Source: Cyanophora paradoxa CCMP329
Lineage: Eukaryota > Plantae > Glaucophyta
Direction: 5' to 3'
NCBI GenBank assembly: GCA_004431415.1
Contig: QPMI01000024.1
Span: forward strand, 1 to 64,000
Length of the DNA: 64,000 bases
The position numbers were made by a program, and so were the translations under genes. The notes under the pieces were generated by a model that saw only the letters and a list, made by a program, of their open reading frames with translations, had not been told where the DNA came from and ran no database searches. Positions 12,732-22,956 of the stretch are shown piece by piece. Each line of letters begins with the position of its first letter. Position 1 is the first letter of the stretch.

Positions 12732-13190
12732 ATGTATGCGAAAACCATCGAAGAGTTAAAGTTTCCGAATACAATTACGTGCCCCCCCCTGCCCCGGCCC
12801 GTTGAGGTTGGTTCCGAGGTTGAGGTGCTCAAGCTTCAGCTGCAGTATACTATTGCGTGCTTGTTCAAAGGTACATGCAAGATGTCAAAAGTCATGCAAA
12901 ATGTGCTTGCGTGCTTGTTCAGTGGCCTGCTTTTCTTTCAGGCGCTTGGAAATGTCCCTAAAGAACTCGAGGTCGCTGTTGCTGAGGCAGAGTCCGCAGA
13001 GGTCGCGAAGCGCTTCATCCACGGACGGATGAAGAGGATCGCAAACGCGGAAACCACCATCACAGAGCTGAAACATGCGCAGCGGGCTCTTCACCACTTG
13101 AAAACCTTCGAGGGTGACCATACAGATGTCCTCCAGAGTCCCCCTGTGCTCATGATCACTGGCTCTGTGAAAGCAAAATTTCTCGGGTAA
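12732..13190 (+). CDS. Hypothetical protein; fragments repeated at ~11690-11760 and ~18600-18670
   Basis: ORF MYAKTIEELKFP...EVAKRFIHGRMKRIANAETTITELK; near-identical nucleotide fragments follow family copies C and F. Confidence 0.4.
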   Translation: MYAKTIEELKFPNTITCPPLPRPVEVGSEVEVLKLQLQYTIACLFKGTCKMSKVMQNVLACLFSGLLFFQALGNVPKELEVAVAEAESAEVAKRFIHGRMKRIANAETTITELKHAQRALHHLKTFEGDHTDVLQSPPVLMITGSVKAKFLG

Positions 13191-13258
13191 ATTAAAACAG
13201 AAGGCCATGCGCACTGTTCAGGTCCAGATTCCCCTCCCCTCCGACGGCAGAGATTCAA

Positions 13259-13771
13259 TCAGGGTGGTGCAGTAATTCGTGTCCTCACCTTCTCCTTCGC
13301 GATCGCTGTCCTCGCCCGACTGGGGAGGATGTCGAAGGCCCGCGACTGCCGGTGGAGCTTGGCAATCCGAAGCGCCAAATTAGCGAAGGGCCGAACGTCC
13401 ATAGGGAGTTCGTGCAAAGTGCTGGCACTTTCGATACCCAGGATGATGGCGCATATGCACAGTGGGGATGATGGGTTCTCGACACAGGTACGACACGGAA
13501 CCTCCTTTGGCCGCTCTTCCACTTCTTCGTCGTCGCTGAGAGCTCTTGCGTCGTTCTTGGCGGCTGCAGCCCGCTCCTCAGCCTTCCGCAGACGTCGATG
13601 AATCTCCGCCACCGCTTCCGCTGACGCTTGCTTCTCGAGCTGCCGCCGCGACGCCTCATCTCGCGCACGTTTCTCCGCACGCGCCGGGCCGCTTTCCTCC
13701 GTCTCAAGCTCATAATCAACCTCCTGTTCGCTCTCTTCGAGTTTGCGTTTCGTCTCCTCGTGTGCATTCAT
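13259..13771 (-). CDS. Hypothetical charged protein with CxxC...CxC motif, divergent partner of copy E
   Basis: 170-aa ORF MNAHEETKRKLEES...; N-terminus paralogous to the gene starting at 17252. Confidence 0.5.
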   Translation of the reverse strand: MNAHEETKRKLEESEQEVDYELETEESGPARAEKRARDEASRRQLEKQASAEAVAEIHRRLRKAEERAAAAKNDARALSDDEEVEERPKEVPCRTCVENPSSPLCICAIILGIESASTLHELPMDVRPFANLALRIAKLHRQSRAFDILPSRARTAIAKEKVRTRITAPP

Positions 13772-13779
13772 CCCTGAGA

Positions 13780-14095
13780 GACGCTACTGTCAAGGGAGGC
13801 CGCACGGACGCACGCGCAAGGCCGCTATATATGGGTGCGCATGCGGAAAGAAGGCATCCGGCGCACCTTTTCGAGCGCCACGTGCCACGCTTCCACGCCG
13901 ACAGCACTTTGACCGCTTGCCCCGCCGACAGCACTTCGGACGCTAGCAGAACACAGCTCCAGATCCGGCGCTCCGGAAACCGCGACAGTGCTCCGGCGAC
14001 TTTGCCCCGGCGACTTTGCCCGGCGGCTTTGCCCGGGGGAACTTCCTGCCGGGGGTACTCGTTCGACCACGCACCAGCAAGGCTCCAAAGACGGC
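13780..14095. repeat. Conserved ~310-bp intergenic block containing the 14-bp units (copy 2)
   Basis: Near-identical to ~17255-17580 and ~19950-20260 (GGAAAGAAGGC...CTTTTCGAGCGCCACGTGCCACG...). Confidence 0.85.
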
Positions 14096-14132
14096 GGCGC
14101 TCGGTTCGCTCGCTGTCGGACTGCGTTCCAGA

Positions 14133-14755
14133 ATGCAGAAAGTACCTCGAAAACAGCTCGCTACCAAAGCTGCAAGGAAGTCAGGAGTGACAGCGGGACA
14201 GCTGCGCATGCCGCCGACAGCAGAGCAGATCGCAGAGTCGGAAGTGCTGATTGCTCTATACGCGCCACGACCGCGGCTCGTGCACGGGGCAGCTCAGTCG
14301 AGGTGCGGTTCTCGTGACTGCCGGCCTTCCCCGCTACGCGTCACTGAAAAGACGGGTGCACACGTGCAATTGCAACCCGCATCGTTGCCCTGATTGTGTG
14401 CCCTGATCTCAACAGGCAGGGCCAGTGCGCGTCAGGATAGATGTTTCTATGTCGTGGCAGACAGACCTTCTGATCCAGGCTTACTTCGACCTGGACTGCG
14501 AATGCAACTCTGTAGGCAATGTTAGCGGGCTTGCGCTCTATTGGTACGATCCAGAAAGCCGTTGCTTCGAGCCGCCGGTGCAAGCGATCTTTGCTTCTTA
14601 CCTTGATTTCTGATGCGGCATTCCGAATTCACGCGTGCATGTGCACAGGCGTCGAGTACAGGCCATTCCCGGATGATTTGTTCTACGTCGCGAGGCATGA
14701 GGTGGTCCCGAAAATCGAGCACGTGCCCTTCCTGGCGACCGTTTCCGGATCCTAG
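14133..14755 (+). CDS. H3-tail-mimic / beta-grasp family gene, copy E (exact H3 P16-S28)
   Basis: ATG CAG AAA GTA CCT CGA AAA CAG CTC GCT ACC AAA GCT GCA AGG AAG TCA = MQKVPRKQLATKAARKS, with no correction needed. Several indels near 14280-14320 (error or pseudogene). Confidence 0.7.
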
Positions 14756-14999
14756 CCAGTGCAAATCCCTAGGACCTAGTACGGGTCCGCAGCTGCATCT
14801 TATTCGTGGTCGCCGACGCCATGCGCACTAGCCAAACACAGATTCTTCTGCACAGAGATTGCTGTATTGTTTTCTCGAATTCGAATTCTGAGTAGCAGGA
14901 GACGTGAACTATATAGTAGTCATGCTGGTCGCATTCGTCTCGGATCCAAGTCGAAGCCGGCGCCGTAGTGCAGCACGAATTTTGGAAATCCGAAACTTT

Positions 15000-16177
15000 A
15001 CACAACGATTCAAATATATTTAACACATCATATTACACAACAAATCTACGACACGAACAGGATACCACTACGTATACACTCGGGCTACCAAGCCTTACCT
15101 AAGTTCTACATTACAAATTCTACCTGTACCGTTTCCTAGGAGCCTTACCTCCGCGGCCGGATCTTTAACAAGCTGCATGTCTGCGTGCATATGTACCTGA
15201 CCTTCTGATTGCTATAACTATTCTAGCAATAGAGTTTTGGGGAGGCAAGGAAATGCTTAAGTCCGGATGGTAATAGTCTATTGGAAAGATATACCGTCTG
15301 TAAGCTTCGCTCTAGATCTGTTCGCTGGCTATATTTATCGAGATTCCTGGTAGTGTACGTACTGCATAAGAGGGAACAGCGAATAGAAACCCTGCGTATA
15401 CATTCAATTAATTCATGTGTTGATTAACGTGCAATGGTTTTTACCTGCATGCGACACCAACATGTGCTTCTCGTCTTGTGCTGGTGCACGTGGAGCAGTT
15501 CTTGACGAGAGAGCTGTGTAATTCAAACTACTTTGTTTCAAGGCTCTCGAAGAACTTGGGATTGCGCTCTCGCATTTCGCAAACTGCAAGTGCATTTCGC
15601 AGAGATTATAAGGATTAGCAGAACGGACTCAATAACATATGTATGTGTGCGCACGATTTAGCTGGAAACTCAATCAATACCCTGGATCCGAATATACCGG
15701 TATCGATGCCGAACACATCACTGCGCGCGATATTTAGATCTTGAGTGTACCATGCACAAGAATGTCACGATGGGTTTTCTGTGCTGCCTTCACATAAGCC
15801 ATGCCAGCTGCAGACGCTCGCGATTGAGCTGGAAACTCAATCAATACCCTGGATCCGAATATACCGGTATCGATGCCGAACACATCACTGCAAGTGACAC
15901 ATAGCTAATCCCGGATACCCTCGCACCAGGAATCCATTTGGACACTTTCACCCTGGTTCGAACATCTTGGCGAGCTTGGTTCTGGTTTGGTTTTTGATCT
16001 GTTTCTCCTCAATTCTGGTTTGACCGCAAAACTGCATGTGCATGCACCTGTCATCGAAGATGCCGGTTGTCGACTTGTCGGCTCCCTTGTGGGCAGCGGC
16101 AACCCATGAATGTACGCGTGGAGAGCTTCATGTAGCTCAGCGATGGCGCTTTCTCGCCTAAAGCGCGCGCCTGCCAT
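15000..16177 (-). CDS. Intron-containing hypothetical gene with an internal 65-bp direct repeat (15660-15724, 15827-15891)
   Basis: First exon MAGARFRRESAIAELHEALHAYIHG..., later exon-like pieces (DVFGIDTGIFGSRVLIEFPA twice); 3' end uncertain. Confidence 0.3.
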
Positions 16178-16326
16178 TTGAGCGTCGTCAACTGCTAATG
16201 TCGACTCCGGCGATAGGCGAGGCGGAGGCGTGCACTATTTAATTGAAGTCAGGGTTTCAGAGCTACTGAGGTAGCGCATTACATGTCGGCGCCGTAGTGC
16301 ATAACGAGTGCCTGCCCTGATTGATT

Positions 16327-17252
16327 TCACAGGAAGGGGCCGTAGATGTGCTCCATGAAGGTGTTAAACCGTTGGAAAATCTTGTTGTAGGGTGGCAACT
16401 CGCCGCAAACGAACTTGAGGGGTCCACGAGCCAGGGTACCTGGGTTGCAGATGGGCGGGGTCGAGGAAAGGGAGGGCGCTAGCTGGCCATGGCCGTGCCG
16501 CACCTCGGGCGACATGGTCATCGTGAGCAGCCCACGCTTGCGAAGGTCCGACATAGTAGCATAGACGAGGGCCGACTCTGCGTTCTCCTCTGGGAACGGG
16601 TGCAGCGTGGTCTCGCCGACGAGGTGGATGTGCGCAACCTTCTCGACGAGGATATCCTGCAGCGATGCCGGAATGTCCTCGAGGCGGGCGCTGCGGGCTG
16701 CACTTAGTGCACGAGGCGGCGCTCGGGAGCCGCGCGCACTTCTCAAGCCGCAATGCGACCGTGCGGGGCTGGTGGGCACGCAGGGTGGCCTCGATGATGG
16801 CCAGCCCCTCTGCCGGCAGCCGCTGCTTGGGCTTGAAGGTGCTCTGCTCCGGGTCCTGTGCCAATGGCAAGCCGGCTGGTCTGAGAAAACGAGCAAGAGG
16901 GCGCCGGCGGGCGGGCCGCACGACGATGCAGGCGGGGCTGGAGATTTCGAGAGTGACCACGGGCATCTCCTGCGCGCGTGGTTTAAATTTGTGGCCGAGC
17001 GAGCAAAGAATTCGAAGCGCGAGCGAGCAGACGCACGCTGGATGTAGCGATATGAAGTGTGACCGCGCGTACTTCATCCTTTGCGTCCTTCGCATCATAC
17101 GCATCTCCGGCACGCGGGCGCTTAATAGCGCTCATGCGACTTCGCTCCGGAAAGTTCGCCCCGGCGTCTTGGAAAGTCTCCAGCTGGCGTTTCTCCGCAC
17201 GCTCCTGGCCGCTCTCTTCGAACTCGCGTTTCGTCTCCTCGTGTGCATCCAT
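16327..17252 (-). CDS. Hypothetical protein, divergent partner of copy F
   Basis: MDAHEETKREFEESGQE start paralogous to 13771; frameshifted exons end ...NTFMEHIYGPFL. Confidence 0.45.
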
Positions 17253-17254
17253 CC

Positions 17255-17763
17255 CTGAGAGACGCATCTGTCAAGGGAGGCCGCACGGACGCACGCGCAG
17301 CTTAACCCCGCCATGGCCATGGATGCGGAAAGAAGGCATCCGGCGCACCTTTTCGAGCGCCACGTGCCACGCTTCCACGCCGACAGCACTTTGACCGCTT
17401 GCCACGCCGACAGCACTTCGGACGCTAGCAGAACACAGCTCCAGATCCGGCGCTCCGGAAACCGCGACTTCGCCCCGGCAAGTTTGCCCCGGCGACTTTG
17501 CCCCGGCGACTTTGCCCGGGGGAACTACGCGCAGGGGGTACCCGTCCGACCACCACACTAGCAAGGCTCCAACGGCGGCACCCGGCGGTCGGAGAACTAG
17601 CTAGAGCACGCGATCTAGCTAGCTAGAGGCTTTAGCACCGCCGGCTACCTCGGCGGCGCTCGGTCTGAGCGTTCGGTACGCGGCCATCGGTCTCGAGCTC
17701 GAGACCACCAACTTGGCGCTCGTAGTTCGTTTGTAAAGTAGCTGAGATCGATGCTTACCGCAT
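17255..17763. repeat. Conserved intergenic block (copy 3)
   Basis: Matches 13780-14095 and, over its full length, 19946-20446. Confidence 0.85.
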
Positions 17764-18400
17764 GGGGAAAACGTATTCGAAAACAGCTCGTTACTTCACG
17801 GAAGCCGCGGTCGGCGCCACCAGTACCAGAGCCAACAGAAGAGCAGGTCGCCGAGTCGGAAGCGCTGATTGCTCTGTACGCGCCGCGATCGCGGCTCGAG
17901 AACGCGGGCAGCTCTGTCGAGGTGCGCGTTCTCGGGGACTGCCGGCCCCTTCCGGTGGGCATCACTGATATGACAGGTGCGACCACGGTTGCATCGATGC
18001 CTTAAGCTTGTGCCCTAATCTAAACAGCGCAGGGCCTGTTAGATTGAAGATCTATGTTTCAGAGACGTGGCAGACAGATCTTCTGGAGGCTGCGTACCGT
18101 GAACTCGTCCGCAGCACATACCACGCGCACCCTGATGCGCTGATGATGTATCGATACGACCCAGCAAGTCGGTGCTTCATTTACCTCGAGTTCTTTGCCG
18201 AGTACTTCGAGCCGGTGCAAGATATCTTTCCGTCTTCCCTCGATTTCTGATCATGATGCGGCATTCGCGAATTCACGCTTGCGCGTGCACAGAGGTCGAG
18301 TCCAGGGCCATCCCCGGATGATCTGTACTACGTCGCGAGGGATTCGGTGATCCCAGAAGTCGAGCACGCGCCCTTCCTGGCGACCGTTTTCGGATCCTAG
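17751..18400 (+). CDS. H3-tail-mimic / beta-grasp family gene, copy F
   Basis: GKRIRKQLVTSRK (H3 GKAPRKQLATK), PTEEQVAESEAL, SVEVRVLGDCRP, MYRYDPASRCF, GPSPDDLYYVA; two introns. Confidence 0.7.
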
Positions 18401-18754
18401 CTATTGCCCGTTTCAAGGCCCCTAGCGGCCCGACAGCTGCATCTTATTCGAAGTCGTGGCCGCCGGCGCCATGCACGCTATAGCTAGCCGCTGAGCGGAA
18501 CAGAGATTCGAATTCGTCTGCGCAGAGATTGCTGTATTTTTCTTAATTCGAATCCTTTGCCGCAAATGAGCGTATCGGCCTTGGGACAACGCTGCCGCGG
18601 AGCGCTAGCGGTCGCATAAATCGAAGAGTTCGAATTCTCTAGAGAGCCATGTATGCGAAAACCACTAGAGAATATACATGCTGGTCGAATTCGTATTCGA
18701 GACGAAGCCGGCGCCGTACGCGTAGTGCATCAGGAATAATGAAGCTAGCTAGCA

Positions 18755-19869
18755 CTATACGTCGCCATTGAGCGGATGTTTTCCAGAGCAATCATGGCTC
18801 GCATTCGCGACAGGTAGTTCGAGGCCTGCGCTCGTTCTCCGGATCCCCGCGGGAACTGGTCGCCCGCGAGGTAGAAGAAATCACCCGGTGATGGTCCCTG
18901 AGGTTTCGATGTCTGTGCACATGCACGCGCACGCGTGAATTCGCGGATCCGGAAGCCGCATCAGAAATCATCGTCAGACGCAAAGAAAGCTTGCACCGGC
19001 CGCTCGAATCCACTGGTTTCTGGGTTGAACCAATACAGCGCTACATTGTTTTTCGGTACGAGAAACTCGCTGCACGCCCGCGCCAGCAGCGCGTCCGGCC
19101 ACGACCCCGAATCCGGATCATTGACTTGCACAAGATCTGCACAGGCCCATTAATTCTGTAAGAAATGTCTCTGAAACGGGATAAATGGGCACCTGACATA
19201 ATTCTCCAATCGTCCGCTACAACATGCACCGCTACGGAGCTGTTTCCTTCATTAATATTCTCGACTGGTGGCGTCGCGCGCAGACAAAGGAGTCCGCGCG
19301 TGTCGAGCGGTGGCGGCACGAGCGAAGTTATATCTAGAGCATCGCTGTTCTGCGTCGCTGCCGTCGCTGGTGCCTTTGAGAAACGGGCGGCCAATCTTGC
19401 CAGGTATCGTGCGGGCTCCGCTCCGGCGGAAATTGGTCGCCCGTGAGGTAGAAGAGATCGCCTGGAGATGGTCCCTGTGGTTTCGATGTCTGTGCGCATG
19501 CACGCGCACGCGTGAATTCGCGGAAGCCGCATCAGAAATCATCGTCAGACGCAAGGAACTTTCGCACCGGCCGCTCGAATCCATTGGTTTCTGGGTTGTA
19601 CCAATACAGCGCTACATTGGATTTGGGCACGAAATACTCACGGCACACATCGGCCACTAACGCTTCCGGCCACGACTCCGAAACATTGATCGTGAATCGC
19701 ACAGCCATGCCTCGCACAGGAACTGCACAGGGGTTTTCTATGGTATGGCATCCTGGTCGCAAAAGCGACAAGTACCTTGCGTCTCTTCAGGGTCCTGGAT
19801 GCCCCACGGGTAGTACCGCAAGTCCGCGAAAACGCTCACCTCGACGGAGCGGTTTGGCTCCGCCGACAT
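18755..19869 (-). CDS. Tail-less family member with two tandem beta-grasp-like domains (or two adjacent genes)
   Basis: MSAEPNRSVEVSVF...VALYWYNPETNGFERP|TSKPQGPSPGDLFYL, then a second unit NSSVAVHVV...PETSGFERP|...GPSPGDFFYL; same intron positions, no H3-like N-terminus. Confidence 0.55.
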
Positions 19870-19945
19870 CGCAGTAGCGATCGCCGAGACCGCCGCGCCT
19901 GAAGAAGCAGCCGACTGCCTACTCCGCTGTCGGAGCTGCCCCGCG

Positions 19946-20446
19946 CGAGAGACGCTCCTGTCAAGGGAGGCCGCACGGACGCACGCGCAAGGCCGCTATG
20001 GGTGCGGAAAGAAGGCCTCCGGCGCACCTTTTCGAGCGCCACGTGCCACGCTTCCACGCCGACAGCACTTTGACCGCTTGCCACGCCGACAGCACTTGGA
20101 CGCTAGCAGAACACAGCTCCAGATCCTGCGCTCCGGAAACCGCGACTTCGCCCCGGCAAGTTTGCCCCGGCGACTTTGCCCCGGCGACTTTGCCCGGGGG
20201 AACTACTCGCAGGGGGGTACCCGTCCGACCACCGCACCAGCAAGGCTCCAACGGCGGCACCCGGCGGTCGGAGAACTAGCTAGAGCACGCGATCTAGCTA
20301 GCTAGAGGCGTTAGCACCGCCGGCTACCTCGGCGGCGCTCGGTCTGAGCGTTCGGTACGCAACCATTGGCAGCCATCGGTCTCAAGAGCACCGATGTGGC
20401 AGCCGTACTTCGGTTGTAACGTAGCTGAAATCAATGCTTACCGCAT
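19946..20446. repeat. Conserved intergenic block (copy 4); right-hand partner gene absent
   Basis: Identity with copy 3 ends at ATGCTTACCGCAT (~20446), where copy F's coding sequence would begin. Confidence 0.8.
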
Positions 20447-20865
20447 TCAAAGCGCTGTGCGCTGCGCCCCAGCTCATAATGGTCGGGCCTGGGTGAAGTT
20501 GGCCGAGGTCGGGCCGCCCAACAACCTCCCTTAAAAGCTGCAAATCGTCTCTAAACGACCTTTTAGAACACTTGAACCAGTCAAGGCAGCCCGCATGCGT
20601 CGCTCTCTTGACGAGTTGTGCTCGCATCCACGACGGACCACAGAAGCTACCGGGCCATCGGCGCTCAATGGATCCCATGCACTTATGCCTAGCTAAGCAC
20701 ATTTAGCACGGCAGCAGTGCTCCCCCGCGCGGCTTTCCTAGGTGGGGTAAAGACAGGTGTGGTAAAGTCAGCCCTAAGTGAGTGAAGTTGCAAGTTTACC
20801 ATGTGGTAAACTTAATTCCTGGCTCCCAGTGCAACTCGCGCCTCGAAATTCCCGGTACCTTCCGC

Positions 20866-21857
20866 ATGCAGGATTGGTGGGAGGCCGAGGCCTTCAGGAA
20901 TTACGGGGCCTTCATAGACAACGGGATTAATTCGCAGAGCCCCAAGGCCAACTGGCTGGTACCCAAGGCGTACGTCGATAAATTGGTGGACAGGCCTGCA
21001 GCCCCTTACACCAAAAAGATCGCCAAAGGCATCGAGTACTGGGCACCCGAGCCAGGCCAGCCCGTGTTTGCATCGCAGAACTACGAGTGGCACATGGCGC
21101 CGGGGGCGAGCCAGGCCGTCAGCACCGTGGGCGTTGCCGTACCGCAGCTGGCGGCCGTGGCGCATACAGGAGAGTACCAAGATCTAAAAGGGAGGCCGAT
21201 GATACCGACAATTCCAGCAACTTGGGCGTGGGTAACATCACGGGGAAGCCGAGCACGTACCCCCACGCAGATCACCAGCACACCATCTCAGAAATCAGCG
21301 ACTGGACGGCCCCGGACTTGTCAGGCGTCACCGTGGACTGGGAAACTCAAGTTACGGGGAAGCCTCTCACCTTCCCCCCCTCGACTCACAGTCACAACGT
21401 GGACTGGGAGACTCAAGTTACGGGGAAGCCTCTCACCTTCCCCCCCTCTACGCACAGTCACACAGAGTACTCGCTCACCGGCCACGGGCACAGAAACGTG
21501 AACATGGACGCTTACATTCAACACGGCACTTTCTTTCACACGTACTCCGCGAACACGGCTTTCGATCTCAACACAACATACATTGTCACGTTCAACATGA
21601 GTTTCCCGGAAGCGTACGACGCAGGTGGTGGCTTGTTACCTGTATGGCCCCAGCCAGGGGGGAACCCACCGCCAAACGTAACAGTTACCCCATCCATAAA
21701 ACTTGGAGTGGATGTCGACATGACAGTGAACGTCTACGACGTCACCTACACCGGATTTGTCGTCAGAGTGAGGTTCAGGCCCACGATGTCAGAAACGATC
21801 ATCGAATCTAAACGGCTCACGATCTACTGGATGGCAGCGGGCAAGCTGCTTATGTAA
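20866..21857 (+). CDS. Tail-fibre-like protein with phage tail repeats and C-terminal gp53/H-type-lectin-like domain (one frameshift ~21230)
   Basis: LAAVAHTGEYQDLKGRP motif; WxxxxGKPxTFPPSxHxH-type repeats; C-terminal IQHG...VTF...FPEAY...PNVTVT...TGFVV...YWMAAG. One restored G joins the two listed ORFs. May be 5'-truncated. Confidence 0.8.
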
Positions 21858-21881
21858 TCGATTTTCTGATGCAATCCAAAA

Positions 21882-22946
21882 ATGTCAGTTGCTGTTCCTT
21901 TGTTCACCTACGCTGCCAGCGTGAATCACAAGGGCGATCACACGATTAAGGAGACCACCCTCGGAAACCAGGCCACCGAGGCCCCCTACAACGCCACGGC
22001 CGTCCCCTTCTCCGAGGCCGATCTCGTGCGAGTCGGCGAGCTGCGCTGCGATAAGATGCGCACGCGGGAGGGCGGATCGGCCGTGCCGGGGCGCGTGAAG
22101 ACGCAGAGGCTCACCGTCACGAACGGCTCCTGGGACGGGAGTGGTCACACCACAAACGCCCTAACCTTTAACGGAGCTGCGGATGGAGAGGGGAACGCAG
22201 CGCTGTACGTGCAGGGGGGCGGGGCAAACGTGGTGGGTGGGCTAAGAGTGAACGGAAATGCATCGGTAGCAGGTACAGTAGCACTGGACAACAGCGTCTA
22301 CATACACGGGACAACTCCGACCATTGCAGGCGGTGGCGGCGGCTTAAATCTAAAGTACGGTGACTCGGATCGGCTGTTGTGCGGGACTGAAGGTGTCGGT
22401 ATAACGGGTAAACTATTCGCCTCAACCGTCGAAGGCCCTTCTGGCGGCCTGTCTATGCAAAACACTACAATAATCGATTGTGGGAGTGTCACCGCTGGCC
22501 TAACCTTGAAATACAATGGCGGCGATCGACTGCTGTGCGGAACCGTCGGCGTGGGTATAACGGGTCAGCTCATCGTCTCATCGCTCACAGGCGACGGAAA
22601 CAGGGCCGTTTATTCCAATGCCAGTGGTAACCTTACAAACTCCTCGAGCGATCGCCGCCTGAAAGCAAATATCACCAGCCTGGCAAACATTCTCCCTCTT
22701 TTACTGCAGTTGAACCCTGTGTCCTTTAATTGGATCAACACAACCTCCGGGGGCTCGAAAATTGATTACGGTCTCATTGCACAGGAAGTTCAAGGTGTCT
22801 TGCCGAACCTTGTTTTTGAAAACGCGGATGGATTTTTGGGGGTAAACTATGACAGGCTTATTTCCTTGACGCTGAAAGCAGTACAAGAACTTGCACAGGA
22901 AGTTCAAACACTCAAAGACCAGGTAGCCGCTTTGCAGAACCAATAA
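21882..22946 (+). CDS. Tail fibre/spike protein with C-terminal intramolecular chaperone (peptidase S74)
   Basis: SSDRRLKANI...LNPVSFNW...YGLIAQEV...GVNYDRLI...KAVQEL with intact Ser-Lys dyad and terminal coiled coil; internal repeat LKYxxxDRLLCGTxGVGITG. Confidence 0.93.
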   Translation: MSVAVPLFTYAASVNHKGDHTIKETTLGNQATEAPYNATAVPFSEADLVRVGELRCDKMRTREGGSAVPGRVKTQRLTVTNGSWDGSGHTTNALTFNGAADGEGNAALYVQGGGANVVGGLRVNGNASVAGTVALDNSVYIHGTTPTIAGGGGGLNLKYGDSDRLLCGTEGVGITGKLFASTVEGPSGGLSMQNTTIIDCGSVTAGLTLKYNGGDRLLCGTVGVGITGQLIVSSLTGDGNRAVYSNASGNLTNSSSDRRLKANITSLANILPLLLQLNPVSFNWINTTSGGSKIDYGLIAQEVQGVLPNLVFENADGFLGVNYDRLISLTLKAVQELAQEVQTLKDQVAALQNQ

Positions 22947-22956
22947 CAAATGGATA

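Noticed and set aside
14133-14755. True histone H3 or CENP-A gene
   Set aside because: No histone fold (no YRPG/ALREIR) follows the tail; the downstream domain is unrelated.
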